This document shows positions 50,601-61,639 of a stretch of 64,000 nt of DNA, piece by piece. Numbering within the stretch: position 1 is the stretch's first letter; each line of letters begins with the position of its first letter. Source of the stretch: Eledone cirrhosa (lineage: Eukaryota); the NCBI GenBank assembly GCA_964016885.1, contig OZ024749.1, positions 29,264,001 through 29,328,000 on the forward strand. The letters are read 5' to 3'. A model generated the notes under the pieces. The model was not told where the DNA came from, did no database searches, and saw only the letters and a list, made by a program, of their open reading frames with translations. A program made the position numbers and the translations under genes.

Positions 50601-51421
50601 CATTTGTTTGATGGATACAATGGAAAAGGTTGTAACATATGGAAATATTATTAGGTAGAATAACCAATTCTACCTTTGTCACTGTGACTATGTGTCTACG
50701 TATGTATCTGTGTATGTCTACATATATTCATATATATGTTTGTGTGCGTGTGAATATATGCACCTGTGTCTAAGTATGTGTATGTGTGTTTAAATACGTC
50801 CATATATGTGTGTATGAGTGCGTGCATGTGCAGTGCGTGCGATTTCTATGTGCCTGTGTATGTTTTTTGTATGTGTGTTTACATATGTCCATGTATGTAT
50901 ATGTGTGTGTGTGTGTGTGTGAGTGTGAGTGAGTGAATGCACTTGCCAGTGCGCGTGAGTGAGTGCGTGCATTTGCCAATGCGTGTGAGTCTATGAATGT
51001 ATGTGTACGTGGGCGTCTATATATGTGTTAGCTACATATGTATGTATTAGTTACATATGTGTATGTGTCTACGTATGTATGTATATATTTCAATGCGTGT
51101 CTATATGTCAGTACATATACGGCAATCGAGCCGGCGAGATAATCCCCGTGCTTAACCCTGATTTTCAGCTGTCGACATTTAACTTAGACTGATATCACCG
51201 AGAAAATGATGAACGTCACATAATCACACTTATTTTCTTGTATTAGAGTCCGATCTATGCTTATTACTATTTTATTTACACACCTGGTCGAACGATTTTA
51301 CAACTTTTGCAGAAACAATTTGATATTATATATATGATTCCTAATTTTTTTTTTCTCTTTACGCTCCCCAACCTCTCTCTCTCTCTATATATATATATAC
51401 ACGCGTGCGCGCCGCACACAT

Positions 51422-51469
<48 letters not shown>

Positions 51470-51794
51470 AGTAAGGAGAGAAATACGCATAAATGTGTTC
51501 AAATTATAAGTGATGTAAATAGAGAGAGAGAAAGTGGTGAGTGTAAAGAGAAACAGAAATTAAGGAATCACATTTTTGATGCAAAAAAAATGATCGTAGA
51601 GGCATTTGTAAATGTTATATATATATATAATGTATATATATATATATATATACATAAATTTTAACGTTATAATAAATATAATAATTGATAGAATTGTTAA
51701 GAGTAAATATAATTGAACTGGCGCAGAAGTCATCAATAAGGTTCGATTGATTAACGAAATATAAACGGTTACTCGAAAGCATGTTAACACAGAA

Positions 51795-51848
<54 letters not shown>

Positions 51849-52046
51849 GTGTCTGTATATATATATATGTATAGATATACACACGTGTACGTATGCATAC
51901 ATAAATATACACACAAACGCATATATATATACATTAGTATATATATATATAGATAGATAGATAGATACATGAATATATAGATATATATTAAAAGGAAAGC
52001 TAAAATACTAAAACTCACATGCCAATGCGAGTGTGGGCATCGCCAT
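28405..52046 (-). CDS. EIF2A: Eukaryotic translation initiation factor 2A; 24 coding exons, 774 aa if all repeat exons are included
   Basis: Hand-spliced exons are phase-consistent throughout (2325 nt including stop). They give eIF2A hallmarks: [84 protein letters not shown]. Confidence 0.96.
28600..29055 (+). mobile_element. SINE family 3 with RTE-derived tail and amplified ~42-bp internal repeats. Related copies at about 29735-30190, 42190-42575 (-), 44720-44860 (-), 49533-49770 (-), 56930-57170, 59035-59240 (-)
   Basis: Shared GGTTGGTGTTAGGAAGGGCATCCAGCTGTAGAAA core and tail AACCCATGCTAGC.TGGAAAATGGACGTTAAACG(ATG)n. Confidence 0.72.
29106..29171 (-). CDS. EIF2A: eIF2A exon 23 ([22 protein letters not shown])
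   Basis: AG/GTAAG boundaries; 66 nt. Confidence 0.92.
29564..29671 (-). CDS. EIF2A: eIF2A repeat exon copy 7, ancestral-type ([36 protein letters not shown])
   Basis: Retains the conserved KKIKNLKK; 108 nt. Confidence 0.9.
30211..30321 (-). CDS. EIF2A: eIF2A repeat exon copy 6 ([37 protein letters not shown])
   Basis: Intact splice sites; 111 nt. Confidence 0.8.
31098..31205 (-). CDS. EIF2A: eIF2A repeat exon copy 5 ([36 protein letters not shown])
   Basis: Intact splice sites; 108 nt. Confidence 0.8.
32037..32132 (-). CDS. EIF2A: eIF2A repeat exon copy 4 ([32 protein letters not shown])
   Basis: Intact splice sites; 96 nt. Confidence 0.8.
32654..32764 (-). CDS. EIF2A: eIF2A repeat exon copy 3 ([37 protein letters not shown])
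   Basis: Intact splice sites; 111 nt. Confidence 0.8.
33336..33446 (-). CDS. EIF2A: eIF2A repeat exon copy 2 ([37 protein letters not shown])
   Basis: Intact splice sites; 111 nt. Confidence 0.8.
33720..34250 (-). mobile_element. Decayed RTE-clade LINE fragment (same family as 57860-58640)
   Basis: Minus strand gives VDDSFCYLG..., ..ETWAL..., [11 protein letters not shown]-like remnants. Confidence 0.7.
34422..34526 (-). CDS. EIF2A: eIF2A repeat exon copy 1 ([35 protein letters not shown])
   Basis: tttag|AATCAA...AAGAAG|GTAA; 105 nt. Confidence 0.8.
34785..34840 (-). CDS. EIF2A: eIF2A exon 15 ([18 protein letters not shown])
   Basis: AG/GTAAC boundaries; 56 nt; converts phase 1 to phase 0. 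Confidence 0.82.
35885..35992 (-). CDS. EIF2A: eIF2A exon 14 ([12 protein letters not shown]...[11 protein letters not shown])
   Basis: AG/GTAAG boundaries; 108 nt. Confidence 0.93.
36348..36508 (-). CDS. EIF2A: eIF2A exon 13 (YKIWHYTG...ELWESLW...FPVKPI)
   Basis: AG/GTGTTT boundaries; 161 nt. Confidence 0.93.
36740..37030 (+). repeat. 37-bp minisatellite, about 8 units, in eIF2A intron 12
   Basis: Unit GATACACACAGGGATATGGTGTACCTATTGTAAACCT. Confidence 0.9.
37526..37700 (-). CDS. EIF2A: eIF2A exon 12 ([17 protein letters not shown]...APRLRVGN)
   Basis: AC acceptor; GTAAAT donor; 175 nt. Confidence 0.95.
37701..38117 (-). other. U12-type AT-AC intron (eIF2A intron 11)
   Basis: 5' site ATATCCTTT; branch TACTTAAC (37709-37716); terminal AC. 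Splicing restores [12 protein letters not shown]. Confidence 0.92.
38118..38219 (-). CDS. EIF2A: eIF2A exon 11 ([33 protein letters not shown])
   Basis: Preceded by U12 branch site TTCCTTAAC; ends at donor ATATCCTTT; 102 nt. Confidence 0.95.
38220..39577 (-). other. U12-type GT-AG intron (eIF2A intron 10)
   Basis: 5' site GTATCCTTT; branch TTCCTTAAC (38233-38241) 13 nt from the AG; no polypyrimidine tract between them. Confidence 0.93.
38860..39105 (+). mobile_element. RTE-clade LINE 3' end with (GAA)n tail. Copies at about 27120-27330 (-), 35372-35555 (-), 39735-39955 (+); another RTE remnant at about 48560-48965 (-)
   Basis: Translates to ...[19 protein letters not shown]...VASDRTCW, a typical RTE C-terminus. 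Confidence 0.75.
39578..39646 (-). CDS. EIF2A: eIF2A exon 10 ([22 protein letters not shown])
   Basis: Ends at the U12-type donor GTATCCTTT; 69 nt. Confidence 0.95.
40636..40746 (-). CDS. EIF2A: eIF2A exon 9 ([24 protein letters not shown]...VPR)
   Basis: AG/GTAAAT boundaries; 111 nt. Confidence 0.95.
40876..41073. mobile_element. mariner-like MITE; copies at about 15206-15280, 26430-26672, 44332-44528
   Basis: TA-flanked inverted termini GAGGGT.GGCTGAAAAGTTCATAGGCTGAC. Confidence 0.72.
41455..41566 (-). CDS. EIF2A: eIF2A exon 8 ([14 protein letters not shown]...[18 protein letters not shown])
   Basis: AG/GTAAG boundaries; 112 nt. Confidence 0.95.
41908..41999 (-). CDS. EIF2A: eIF2A exon 7 (SPKTRLH...VAIYIPGSK)
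   Basis: AG/GTAAG boundaries; 92 nt. Confidence 0.92.
42682..42764 (-). CDS. EIF2A: eIF2A exon 6 ([27 protein letters not shown])
   Basis: AG/GTTTGT boundaries; 83 nt. Confidence 0.92.
43263..43353 (-). CDS. EIF2A: eIF2A exon 5 ([29 protein letters not shown])
   Basis: AG/GTAAG boundaries; 91 nt. Confidence 0.92.
43882..43936 (-). ncRNA. Minimal hammerhead ribozyme (sense to eIF2A pre-mRNA)
   Basis: acugc-CUGAAGA-ggucacagcca/aaga/uggcugucacu-GAAA-uauaua-UA-gcagu, then AAUAAA. Confidence 0.8.
44173..44227 (+). ncRNA. Minimal hammerhead ribozyme (mirror copy)
   Basis: Identical motif in the other palindrome arm. Confidence 0.8.
45115..45230 (-). CDS. EIF2A: eIF2A exon 4 (ITVMKTSG...[16 protein letters not shown])
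   Basis: AG/GTAAG boundaries; 116 nt. Confidence 0.9.
46188..46262 (-). CDS. EIF2A: eIF2A exon 3 ([24 protein letters not shown])
   Basis: AG/GTAAG boundaries; 75 nt. Confidence 0.88.
47775..47841 (-). CDS. EIF2A: eIF2A exon 2 ([22 protein letters not shown]), GC donor
   Basis: Acceptor tttccag; donor GG|GCAAGT is required for phase 2. Confidence 0.88.
50113..50210. mobile_element. Tc1/mariner-like tiny MITE; related copy at about 44535-44603
   Basis: TA|CAGGGTGTCCCCAAAAA...TTTTTGGGGGACACCCTG|TA. Confidence 0.75.
50272..50357 (-). ncRNA. Hammerhead ribozyme with long stem II, in eIF2A intron 1 (sense)
   Basis: agu-CUGAUGA-(long imperfect stem II)-GAAA-cggccg-UA-acu; palindromic stem III; AAUAAA about 15 nt downstream. 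Confidence 0.7.
52019..52046 (-). CDS. EIF2A: eIF2A exon 1 (MAMPTLALA)
   Basis: ATG at 52046; donor GTGAGT; 28 nt; phase fits exon 2. Confidence 0.85.
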
Positions 52047-52049
52047 CTT

Positions 52050-52115
52050 GTTCTCACGTAACCTTAAAAAGAGACGAGAATCCACGTGACTTCAATCCCT
52101 ACACAATCACGTGTA
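52050..52115 (-). promoter_or_regulatory. Putative eIF2A proximal promoter with ACGT-core E-box motifs
   Basis: TCACGTAA, CCACGTGAC and TCACGTGT lie within 70 bp upstream of the ATG. Confidence 0.45.
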
Positions 52116-52187
52116 TTTTTTTTATTAAATTTCTTTAAAGATCCTATTAATTTTTACTATAACACCCACCTCTCTTTGGAGCTGAAA

Positions 52188-52785
52188 TATATATATTTTA
52201 CCGATAGTTTTGATGTATTTAACTGTCCTCATTTCCCAGTTAAATAAAACAGGGATAATTTTCAATATATTTGTAGGCTAAATTCGTGTAAAACATCAAA
52301 AAACAACTAGGAAATTTTATCTCCAGCATGAGACGAGTGTAATTGTAAAAATTAAACAATTGTGTCAGTACCGGCTTATTTTTATTTATTTATATATTTA
52401 TTTTGTTTTTGTTTGTTTTAATATTAAAGTATATTGTTGGTATAGCCATCGATCGGAGGTCGATAACAACACACATCGCTCTTGGGACGCGATATATATA
52501 TATATATAACCGATAATTTTTATGTATTTAACTGCCCCCCATTTCCAAGTTAATTAAAAAACGATGAATTTCCAGTGGTTTTAAAGGCTATATTCGTACA
52601 AAACACAAAAACAAACTACTGGGAAAATATAAATTTCATCTTCAGCAAGAGATGGGTGTAATAGTGAAAATTAACGAAATGTTGTGTCAGTGCCGGCTTA
52701 TTTATTTGTATATTTATATATTCATTTTCTTTTTGTTTGTTTTAATATTAAAGAGACTATCGGTACATGGACCCGAGGTTGATAG
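52188..52785. repeat. Diverged ~310-bp direct tandem duplication upstream of eIF2A
   Basis: Blocks CCGATA...TGTATTTAACTG...TGTGTCAGT.CCGGCTTAT...GTTTGTTTTAATATTAAA occur twice. Confidence 0.75.
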
Positions 52786-54034
52786 AATATGTACAAAGCT
52801 CGATTAAATTGACTTAATATAGATTCTTAATCCCCAAAAATACAATTATGTAGTTTTATGGCGACCTTTCCAAGTCTTTACGTTGTGAGTTCAAATTCTG
52901 CCGAGGTACACTTTGCTATTCATCCGGCCTTCCGGGGTTAATAAAATGAGGTACTAGTTAAGTACTGGAGACCAGTTTAACCGAATAACCATCTCATACA
53001 TACATACAAGTCGAATAACCAAGTAGAGATTCGGTGTCGATGTGTCTAAAAAAAAAAAAATGTCTAAAGTTTGTGTCTGAAGCCCAGAGGCTCATCGGGT
53101 GCTTATGTGGTTTCAGTGGCGTGAAATGACGGAGAGTACAAGATTTTCCCTAGACAAGACACCCGTCCATCATAGAGTTAAAATCTGTGTCGAGCCGCGA
53201 GGCGTATCAGGACTGTACTTATCCTCGGTTCTCGTGGCGTGAAGCAACTGAGATTAAGGATACCCCCAGGACAGGACGCCAGTCAATCGCTGGGTTATAC
53301 GTCCAACTATTGCTGGTTCTCATTTTCAGCTGAGCATACTGGAGCAACGTAAAATGAAGTGTTTTGCTCAAGATCACGACACACAACCCAGTCCAAGAAT
53401 CGAACCCAGAACATTATGATCGTAAGTCGAACCCTCTGTCGCAACTTTAAAATTCGAATATTAAAGGGAAAGAATTCATGGATGACTTCGTGACTTGATC
53501 TATGTTCCAAGATTTATTTCCCTTTGACTGTTAAATTGATCGAACTAATTTTTTTTATTCGCGAGATTTCCTCTTCATCGGTTCTAGAATTCTGTGACGA
53601 ATTTCACAATATTCTTGGACCTACATCGCTTCCAACGTTGAGTGTTTGAGATATTCGATCAATGTAACAACAGACTGCTCGTGAAATTAAAGGCTAAGTG
53701 GCTGAGCATTCCACAGACACGCAAACACATAACATAGTTCTCAGAGAGATTCAGTGTGATACAGTTTGTGACAAGGCTGTCTCTTTTAAATTACAGCTGG
53801 GTGGACTGAAGCAACATGAAATAAAGAGTCTTGCTCAAAGATACAAAGCACCATTGGGAATCGAACACAGGACTTAAACATCGTATGTTGAATACCCTAA
53901 TCGCGAAGTCATGCACCTCACGCACCCATATCATTATCCGGCGGTCTCAGCCGAAATCGACTCGACAATTGATCTCCATGTGGGTTCATTGCCGCTGCCA
54001 AATCCTGGATTTCTATACCAGAATCTCTGGAGAT

Positions 54035-54700
54035 GACACTACATACACTACACTACATCGCACTACACTACACTACACTACACTAAACTACATTACACTG
54101 CACTACACCACATAAGACTACACTACACTAAACTATACTACATTACACTGCACTACACCATATTACACTACACTACACCACACTACACTACATCACACCA
54201 CACTACACTACACAACACTATACCACACTACACTACACTAAACTATACTACATTACACCACACTAAACTATACTATATTATACTACACTACACCACACTA
54301 CACTACACAACACTACACTACATCACACCACACTAAACTATACTACATTACACTGCACTACACCATATTACACTACACTACACTACATCACACCACACTA
54401 CACTACACAACACTCCACTATACCACACTACACTAAACTATACTACATTACACTGCACTACACCACATAACGCTACACTGCACCACACTACACTAAACTA
54501 TACTACATTACACCACACTAAACTATACTATATTATACTACACTACACCACACTACACAACACTACACTACACTACACCACACTTCACTACACTACATCA
54601 CACCACACTACACAACACTGCACTAAACTACACTACACCACACTATACTACAACACTCGACAATACAACAACACCAAACTACACCTCCACCTACCACTAC
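54035..54700. repeat. (CACTA)n pentanucleotide satellite
   Basis: About 130 degenerate 5-bp units. Confidence 0.95.
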
Positions 54701-55205
54701 TGCAACTATATCACCACCATACCCCTCTACGATATCCCCCTCCCCTTACACTACCATTACCACCACCACTACACACTACAAGATAATCCTTCCACCCCCA
54801 CATCACCACTACCACAACTATCACCAAACCACTAAACGATAACCCTTCCACCACCGCCACCACATCATACCACTACAAGATATCTCCACTACAGCCTCCA
54901 TCACCAGCGGAGATCAATTTTCTGTCTTTCTCAACCAAAACCCTTTAGTTACTTGTCTGACGTCACACTTCTCCATCAATCACGTGAACAATGGAGGAAG
55001 AGGGAGGAGGAGGTAAGAAATCATATTCACCACCGATGACGTCATGTCTTCGCTGTTTCCAAACTGAATTCTTTAATCATGTCTTCATTCATTCGCTCTC
55101 TCCCTCCTCTCTCTTTCTCTCTCCCTCTTTTCCCTTCTTTCTTTCTTTCATTCTCTCTTTCTTTCGTTCTTTCTTCCTTTCTTCCCATCCACATTTTTCT
55201 TAATC

Positions 55206-55262
<57 letters not shown>

Positions 55263-55618
55263 ATTCACTTCTCTTTCTCTCTCTGTCTCTATCTTTCTCT
55301 CTCATTCACTTCTCTCTCTCTCTATCTTTCTCTCTCCTTCACTTGTCCCTCGCCCTCTCTCTCCTTCACATTGGGCTATTATTATCATCATTATAGTGAT
55401 TCCGCCGAGGTTAACTTTGCCTTTCATCCTTACGGGGTCGATGAAATAAAGTACCAGTAATGCACTGGGTTATTGCTGGCCTCGTGCCAAAAGTAGCAAC
55501 AACTATTATTAGTATCGATGTTGTTCAAGGCGGTGGATTCACAGAATCGGCAGAGCATCGAACTGAATTCTTTGCGGCATAGAGTTACAGTTACAATTAT
55601 GTTCTGAGTTCAAATCTC

Positions 55619-55636
55619 GTAGAAGTAGTGGTGGTC

Positions 55637-55701
<65 letters not shown>

Positions 55702-55752
55702 GTTGGTAAGTGGTAGTAGTAGTAGTAGTAGTAGTGGTGGTGTTGGTAAGTG

Positions 55753-55793
<41 letters not shown>

Positions 55794-55810
55794 GGTGGTG
55801 GTGGTAAGTG

Positions 55811-55848
<38 letters not shown>

Positions 55849-55907
55849 GGTGGTGGTGGTGGTGGTAAGTGGTAGTAGTAGTAGTAATAGTAGTGGTGGT
55901 GGTGGTC

Positions 55908-55957
<50 letters not shown>

Positions 55958-56016
55958 GGTGGTGGTGGTGTTGGTAAGTGGTAGAAGTAGTAGTAATAGT
56001 AGTGGTCGTGGTGGTC

Positions 56017-56047
<31 letters not shown>

Positions 56048-56113
56048 CAGTAGTAGTCGTGGTGGTGGTGGTGGTGGTGTTGGTAAGTGGTAGTAGTAGT
56101 AGTAATAGTAGTG

Positions 56114-56166
<53 letters not shown>

Positions 56167-56268
56167 GGTGGTGTTGGTAAGTGGTAGTAGTAGTAGTAAT
56201 AGTAGTGGTGGTGGTGGTGGTGGTGGTGTTGGTAAGTGGTAGTAGTAGTAGTAATAGTAGTGGTGGTG

Positions 56269-56310
<42 letters not shown>

Positions 56311-56338
56311 TTGGTAAGTGGTAGTAGTAATAGTAGTG

Positions 56339-56373
<35 letters not shown>

Positions 56374-56568
56374 GGCGGTGATAGTAGTAGTAGTAGTGGT
56401 GGTGGTGGTGGTGGTAGTAATAGTAGTGGTGGTGATAGTAGTAGTAGTGGTGGTGGTGGTGGCGGTAGTAGTGGTGGTGGTGATAGTAGCAGTAGTGATG
56501 GTGGTGGTGGTGGTATTATTATTAGTAGTAGTAATAGTAGTAGTAGTAGTAGTAGTAGTACTAGTAGC
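55619..56568. repeat. Compound (GTA)n/(GTG)n triplet satellite with higher-order GTTGGTAAGT junctions
   Basis: Direct reading of the sequence. Confidence 0.95.
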
Positions 56569-57859
56569 TATCAATATGTCAGATGACCACTTCAGAAATA
56601 AAAGAACACGGAAGTAATTACAGTTAATTATTATATTCCTTTAACTAACGTAAAAGAATGACGACAGTCACACATCTCTGTGGTGTGTGTATGTGTGCTT
56701 GTGTGTGTGTGCTTGTGTGTGTGTGCTTGTGTGTGTGTGCTTGTGTGTGTATCTTCTAAGTATCTATGTATAATGACATAAACACATTGAGCTTGAAAAA
56801 TTATTACTTAGCAGTATTGACTCTCTATGGTTAACTCATATATATATACACATATGCATATACATATATATATTAACCCAATATACACTCCACCCCACAC
56901 ACCTTACCCCATCCTCCCACTTCCGTCCACTGTGTTGGTGACACAACAAAAAGCACCCAGTCCACACTGTCTGTAAAGTGGTTGTGTTGGAGACATGGTA
57001 AAAAGGCTCCCAGTCCACATTGCAAAGGTGGTTGGTGTTAGGAAGGGCATCCGGTCGAGGAAAACCTGCCAGAGACACAATCTCCCAACCAATCCCACAC
57101 CAAATGGAAGAAAACCGTCTACCCCCATGCTAGTGTAAAAGATGGACATTAAACGATGATGATGATGATATATATATGCAGAAATTTTGAATGATCTCAG
57201 CTCAAAGTGAACAGCTTCAATGCAGGTTTTTGAGTGTGAGAAATAATATAACAAGTTGGTCATATAAGTCTCTGGACATCGAAAAAAAGGAGTTGTTGAG
57301 TTCTGAAAGTGAGAATGTTTGTTAGGTTGGTGGTATTTTGTTAGGAAAAAAGGTCAAGCTGGCATAGTATAGTTTGTTTCCAGTTATTATATTTCGATAG
57401 TAAGTATATGGTTTGAGTTTGTTTATTGGTGGTTGTCTTGTTTCTGGGTAAATGCAGTACAATTACATAAAGGAGTGGTGGTTGCTGCAGATGTATAGAA
57501 ACTACATAATATGACAACTACAGCCTGATAATGTTTGTTGTTTCCATACCAGTAATTAGTATTAGATGAGGTTTTGTTATGCATTAGTTATGTTAGATCA
57601 GGCTCAGATGTATGGACAGTATTTCATGGATAGCATTTTTTGTGTTTAAATGGAATTTATAAGTTATGGTTTTATATATATATATCATCATCATCATCAT
57701 CGTTTAACATCCATCTTCCAGGTTACCATGGGTCAGACAGTTTTGTTCCATTTAATGGAACAAAACCATCTAACCCATGCTAGCAAATATATATATATAT
57801 ATATTTATTCGCTGCTTTAATCCTTTAAATATTTGCTCTATTGGTTTTTTATATATAAA

Positions 57860-58640
57860 ATGTACGCAATGCAGATCTTGGGTACACAAGAGATGTAGTG
57901 GGACAGTAGGCAGTTTAACAGGTAGGAAAAACTACGTATGCAGTAGATGTACAGGGAAAGTTGGCAGTAATAATCGCAGTGATATGCAGGTGGGTTATAT
58001 ACAAGCGGTTGATAGCTTCCAGTACCTAGGTGATCAGATTAGCATGGGAGGGGGTGTTCTGAGGCCATAGTATCTAGAATAAGGACGGGTTGGAAGAAGT
58101 GTAGGCTACTGCTTCCTCTGTTGACAAAGAAGGGTTTCTCCCTGCATACGAAAAGACGGGTATATGATGCCTGTGTGAGATGCACGATGTTGCATGGTAG
58201 TAAGACATGGGCAGCAACTGCAGAAGATATGCGACGGCTGGAGAGAAATGAAGCAAATATGCTCCGTTGGATGTGCAATGTCAATGTGCGTGAACGACCA
58301 AGCATAGACGAGTTGAGAAAGAAACTAGGTATAAGAGGGATAAGTTGTGGTGTACAGGAGAAAAGGCTGAGATGATATGGACATGTGATGCGCATGGAGG
58401 ATGACCGCTAGGTAAAGAAGTGCCAAGAAATCCCAGTAGAAGGAAGATGTAGTAGAAGTAGACCATGAAAAACAAGGGCAGAGGTGGTGAGAGCAGACCT
58501 CAGATTGCTGAAACTCACCGAGGAGATGTCGAAGGACCGTGATAAGTGGAGAGATGCTGTGCTGAATAGGACCCGTCCAACCCTTGCAAGCAGGGAAAAG
58601 TGGACGTAAAATGATGATGATGATGATGATGATGATGATA
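57860..58640 (+). mobile_element. RTE-clade LINE 3' portion, degraded
   Basis: CTQCRSWVHKRC...CSRC, VDSFQYLG, MLHGSKTW, MLRWMC, LR*YGHV; tail GGACGTAAA(ATG)n. Confidence 0.88.
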
Positions 58641-59240
58641 TTTTATATATATATGCAATCCTTATCAAGCCCTCTTCGGATTTTAGTCTTTACACTTATT
58701 ATTACTATAAATGCTACTAATTTTAGTGGCAGTATCAACACGTTTATAATAAACAGCTATTATCTGCGACCTGATTTTGCGTGTGTGTCATTTTAACGGC
58801 TTGACCGCATGCGTTGGGCAGGAAGCGAAATATTTACTTTCTGTAAGGCTGGCAACCTTATAGTATGGAAATAAGCTGTCTGAAGATCCATTTCTTTCCA
58901 TTGAAAATTCTCTGGATTTCCAATATTTGGAATGGTGAAACCGTCGGTAACAGCAATAGAACAGGTGATTATTTAAATCGTTTTTTAATTTATTTAGAAA
59001 ATTGTTTGATAACCGCTTGCTCTGCTCTTTTTATATCATCATCATCATCATCATCAACGTTTAACATCCGTGTTCCACGCTTGCATGGGTTTGGACGGGG
59101 GTTTTCCCACTTGAGGCAAGAGTGATTGTCTTGCTCGCATAGGACTGTCTGGCAGGGTTTCTACAGTTGGATGCCCTTCCTAACACCAACCACATTTACA
59201 GTGTGGGTCTGGGAGGTTTTTACCGTGTTGCCTACACGGC

Positions 59241-59317
<77 letters not shown>

Positions 59318-59384
59318 AAATGTATATATATATCTATCAAATAATGGTGGTTAAGACGGGATTAAATCACCATAATTGTTTATT

Positions 59385-59425
59385 GCATTATATATATTTC
59401 TGTTACATGGTTATTCGTCAGATGC
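59385..59425 (-). ncRNA. Degenerate minimal hammerhead motif
   Basis: gcau-CUGACGA-(14 nt, poorly paired)-GAAA-uauaua-UA-augc, then AAUAAA. Confidence 0.45.
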
Positions 59426-60494
59426 TTATGCAAAACAGATGTAAAATAATGATGTTGATGATGATGATGATGATGATGATATATATATATATATAAAATA
59501 ACAAAAATAACAATATTCTTGTCATATTTTTTCTCACATTTCTTGTTTATTTTTTTCAATAATTTTTATATTTTTATTTTTTAAAATTTGGTAAACTTTA
59601 TTGGAAGAAAGAAACAAAAACAAAAAAAAAATAAATGACAACAACAACAACAAGAAAAAGAAATGTGCCCCCAAAAAATAAAAAATAAAGACACAATCTT
59701 GATTTATTATAGAGATTTCAACAGTATGTTAGTTTTGGTATTGCGAACCATTTGTAAAATAATAATAATAATAATGTTAATGATAATAATAATGATAATA
59801 ATAATATTAATATTAATATTGAAGATAATGATAATTGTTTCTACTTTTTGGCACAAGGCCAGAAATTACCCAGTGCATTACTGGTACTTTATTTTATTGA
59901 CCCTGTAAGGATGAAAAATAATAATGGTTTCTGATTTAGGCACAAGGCCAGCAATTTGAATGGAGAGGGAAAAGTCGATTAAATCGACCCCAGTGTATTA
60001 CTGGTGCTTTATTTATCAACCCCGTAAGGATGAAAGGCAAAGCTAACCTCAACGGGATTTGAAATCAGGAGGTAAAGAGCCATAACTCTGTGCCCCAAAG
60101 CATGTTGTCTGACGCTCTACCGATACTGCAAATCCAATAATAATAACAATAATTGTTTCTACTTTTGGCACAAGGCCAGCAATTACCCAGTGCATTACTG
60201 GTACTTTATTCTATCGACCCCGTAAGGATGAAAGGCAAAGTTAACCTCGGCAGGATTTGAACTCAGATCATACAGGGAGGTAACTGTGCTGCAAAGCATG
60301 GCGTCTGACCCTCTACCGATACTGCCAATCCACCGCCTTAATAATAATAACAATAATAATAATCATAATAATGGTTTCTAAATTAGGCACAAGGCCAACA
60401 ATTTTTTGGTGGAGGGTGTGGGGGGTGGGGGGCGGTCAATTAAATCAACCCCAGGGTATTACTAGTGTTAATAATAAATAATGATAATAATAAT

Positions 60495-61240
60495 AATAAT
60501 TTCTTTATTAACCACAAGGGTTTTGAAAATGATGAAGGGTGGTAGAAGACAATACTGTGTGGGTTTGACATGGAAACAAGTAAATATTAGGAATAACAAA
60601 AACAAAAACAATAGTAATAACAATAAAGTTTAAAACAAAGAATATTCCCCAATGGTAGCGGTGGGGGGGGGGACACTTGAGGGTGACTCATGGAAAAACC
60701 CACCAAAAACCATGATCACCCTGGCCACCAAGGCAAGTGCCCTCTTTCAGCTGTCCTCCTTCTCCAATTTACAGGTACTAACTCCACAGCAGACTTGTTC
60801 AGACTTCTAAGGAAAGTGCTCTGTCTCTCAGCTGACCTCCTTCTCCAATTTACAGGTACTAACTCCACAGCAGACCTGTTCAGACTTCTAAGGAAAGTGC
60901 TCTGTCTCTCAGCTGACCTCCTTCTCCAATTTACAGGTACTAACTCCACAGCAGACCTGTTCAGACTTCTAAGGAAAGTGCTCTGTCTCTCAGCTGACCT
61001 CCTTCTCCAATTTACAGGTACTAACTCCACAGCAGACCTGTTCAGACTTCTAAGGAAAGTGCTCTGTCTCTCAGCTGACCTCCTTCTCCAATTTACAGGT
61101 GCTAACTCCACAGCAGACCTGTTCATTCAGACCATGCTCTTCACTCACGTCCACTTTTCAACAAATTTTCAGGAAGGCAACACACTTCCTTTTCCAATCT
61201 CAATTTCATTTAAAGTAAAACTTGAAAAGAAAAAGTTGAA
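60495..61240 (-). mobile_element. Degraded Tx1-like LINE 3' end containing an 81-bp tandem repeat
   Basis: Minus-strand VLPS*KFVEKWT resembles VLYPSKFFERWV at the end of the 5445-7940 element; ends in AATAAAGAA and (ATT)n. Confidence 0.5.
60747..61126. repeat. 81-bp tandem repeat, about 4.7 near-identical units
   Basis: ACAGGTACT recurs at 60771, 60852 and onward (period 81). Confidence 0.95.
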
Positions 61241-61639
61241 CAACAATAATAATGATAATCAGCCAGGTGTTTCTTTTAAATAAAATGAATAAAAATGATG
61301 ATAAATTGCAAAGGAAACCAGTCTGATGTGGTGGCCTGGTTGAATTATTGACTTGGGAAATTTTTTTTAGGATTGAAACAACTTCTTAGAAATATTGCAG
61401 AAAAAGAGGAGAAAAAAACAACAAAAAAAACAGTGGAAATAGAAAGTTTGGTAAGGAAAGGTTTTGTAAAAAAAAACACAAACATGAATGACAAAAACAA
61501 CAACAGCAACAACACAAATTCCTAACCTGGTCTTACAATAGTGAGATAACTTGTAAAACAATCATTCATTCTGTACAATTTAAACAATTATATTATTGCC
61601 CTACCACCCATCTTACAGTCAAACAACAAACTCTTCTAT

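Noticed and set aside
55597-56617. Long Thr/His/Tyr/Val-rich ORFs (mucin-like)
   Set aside because: Translations of a GTA/GTG triplet satellite.
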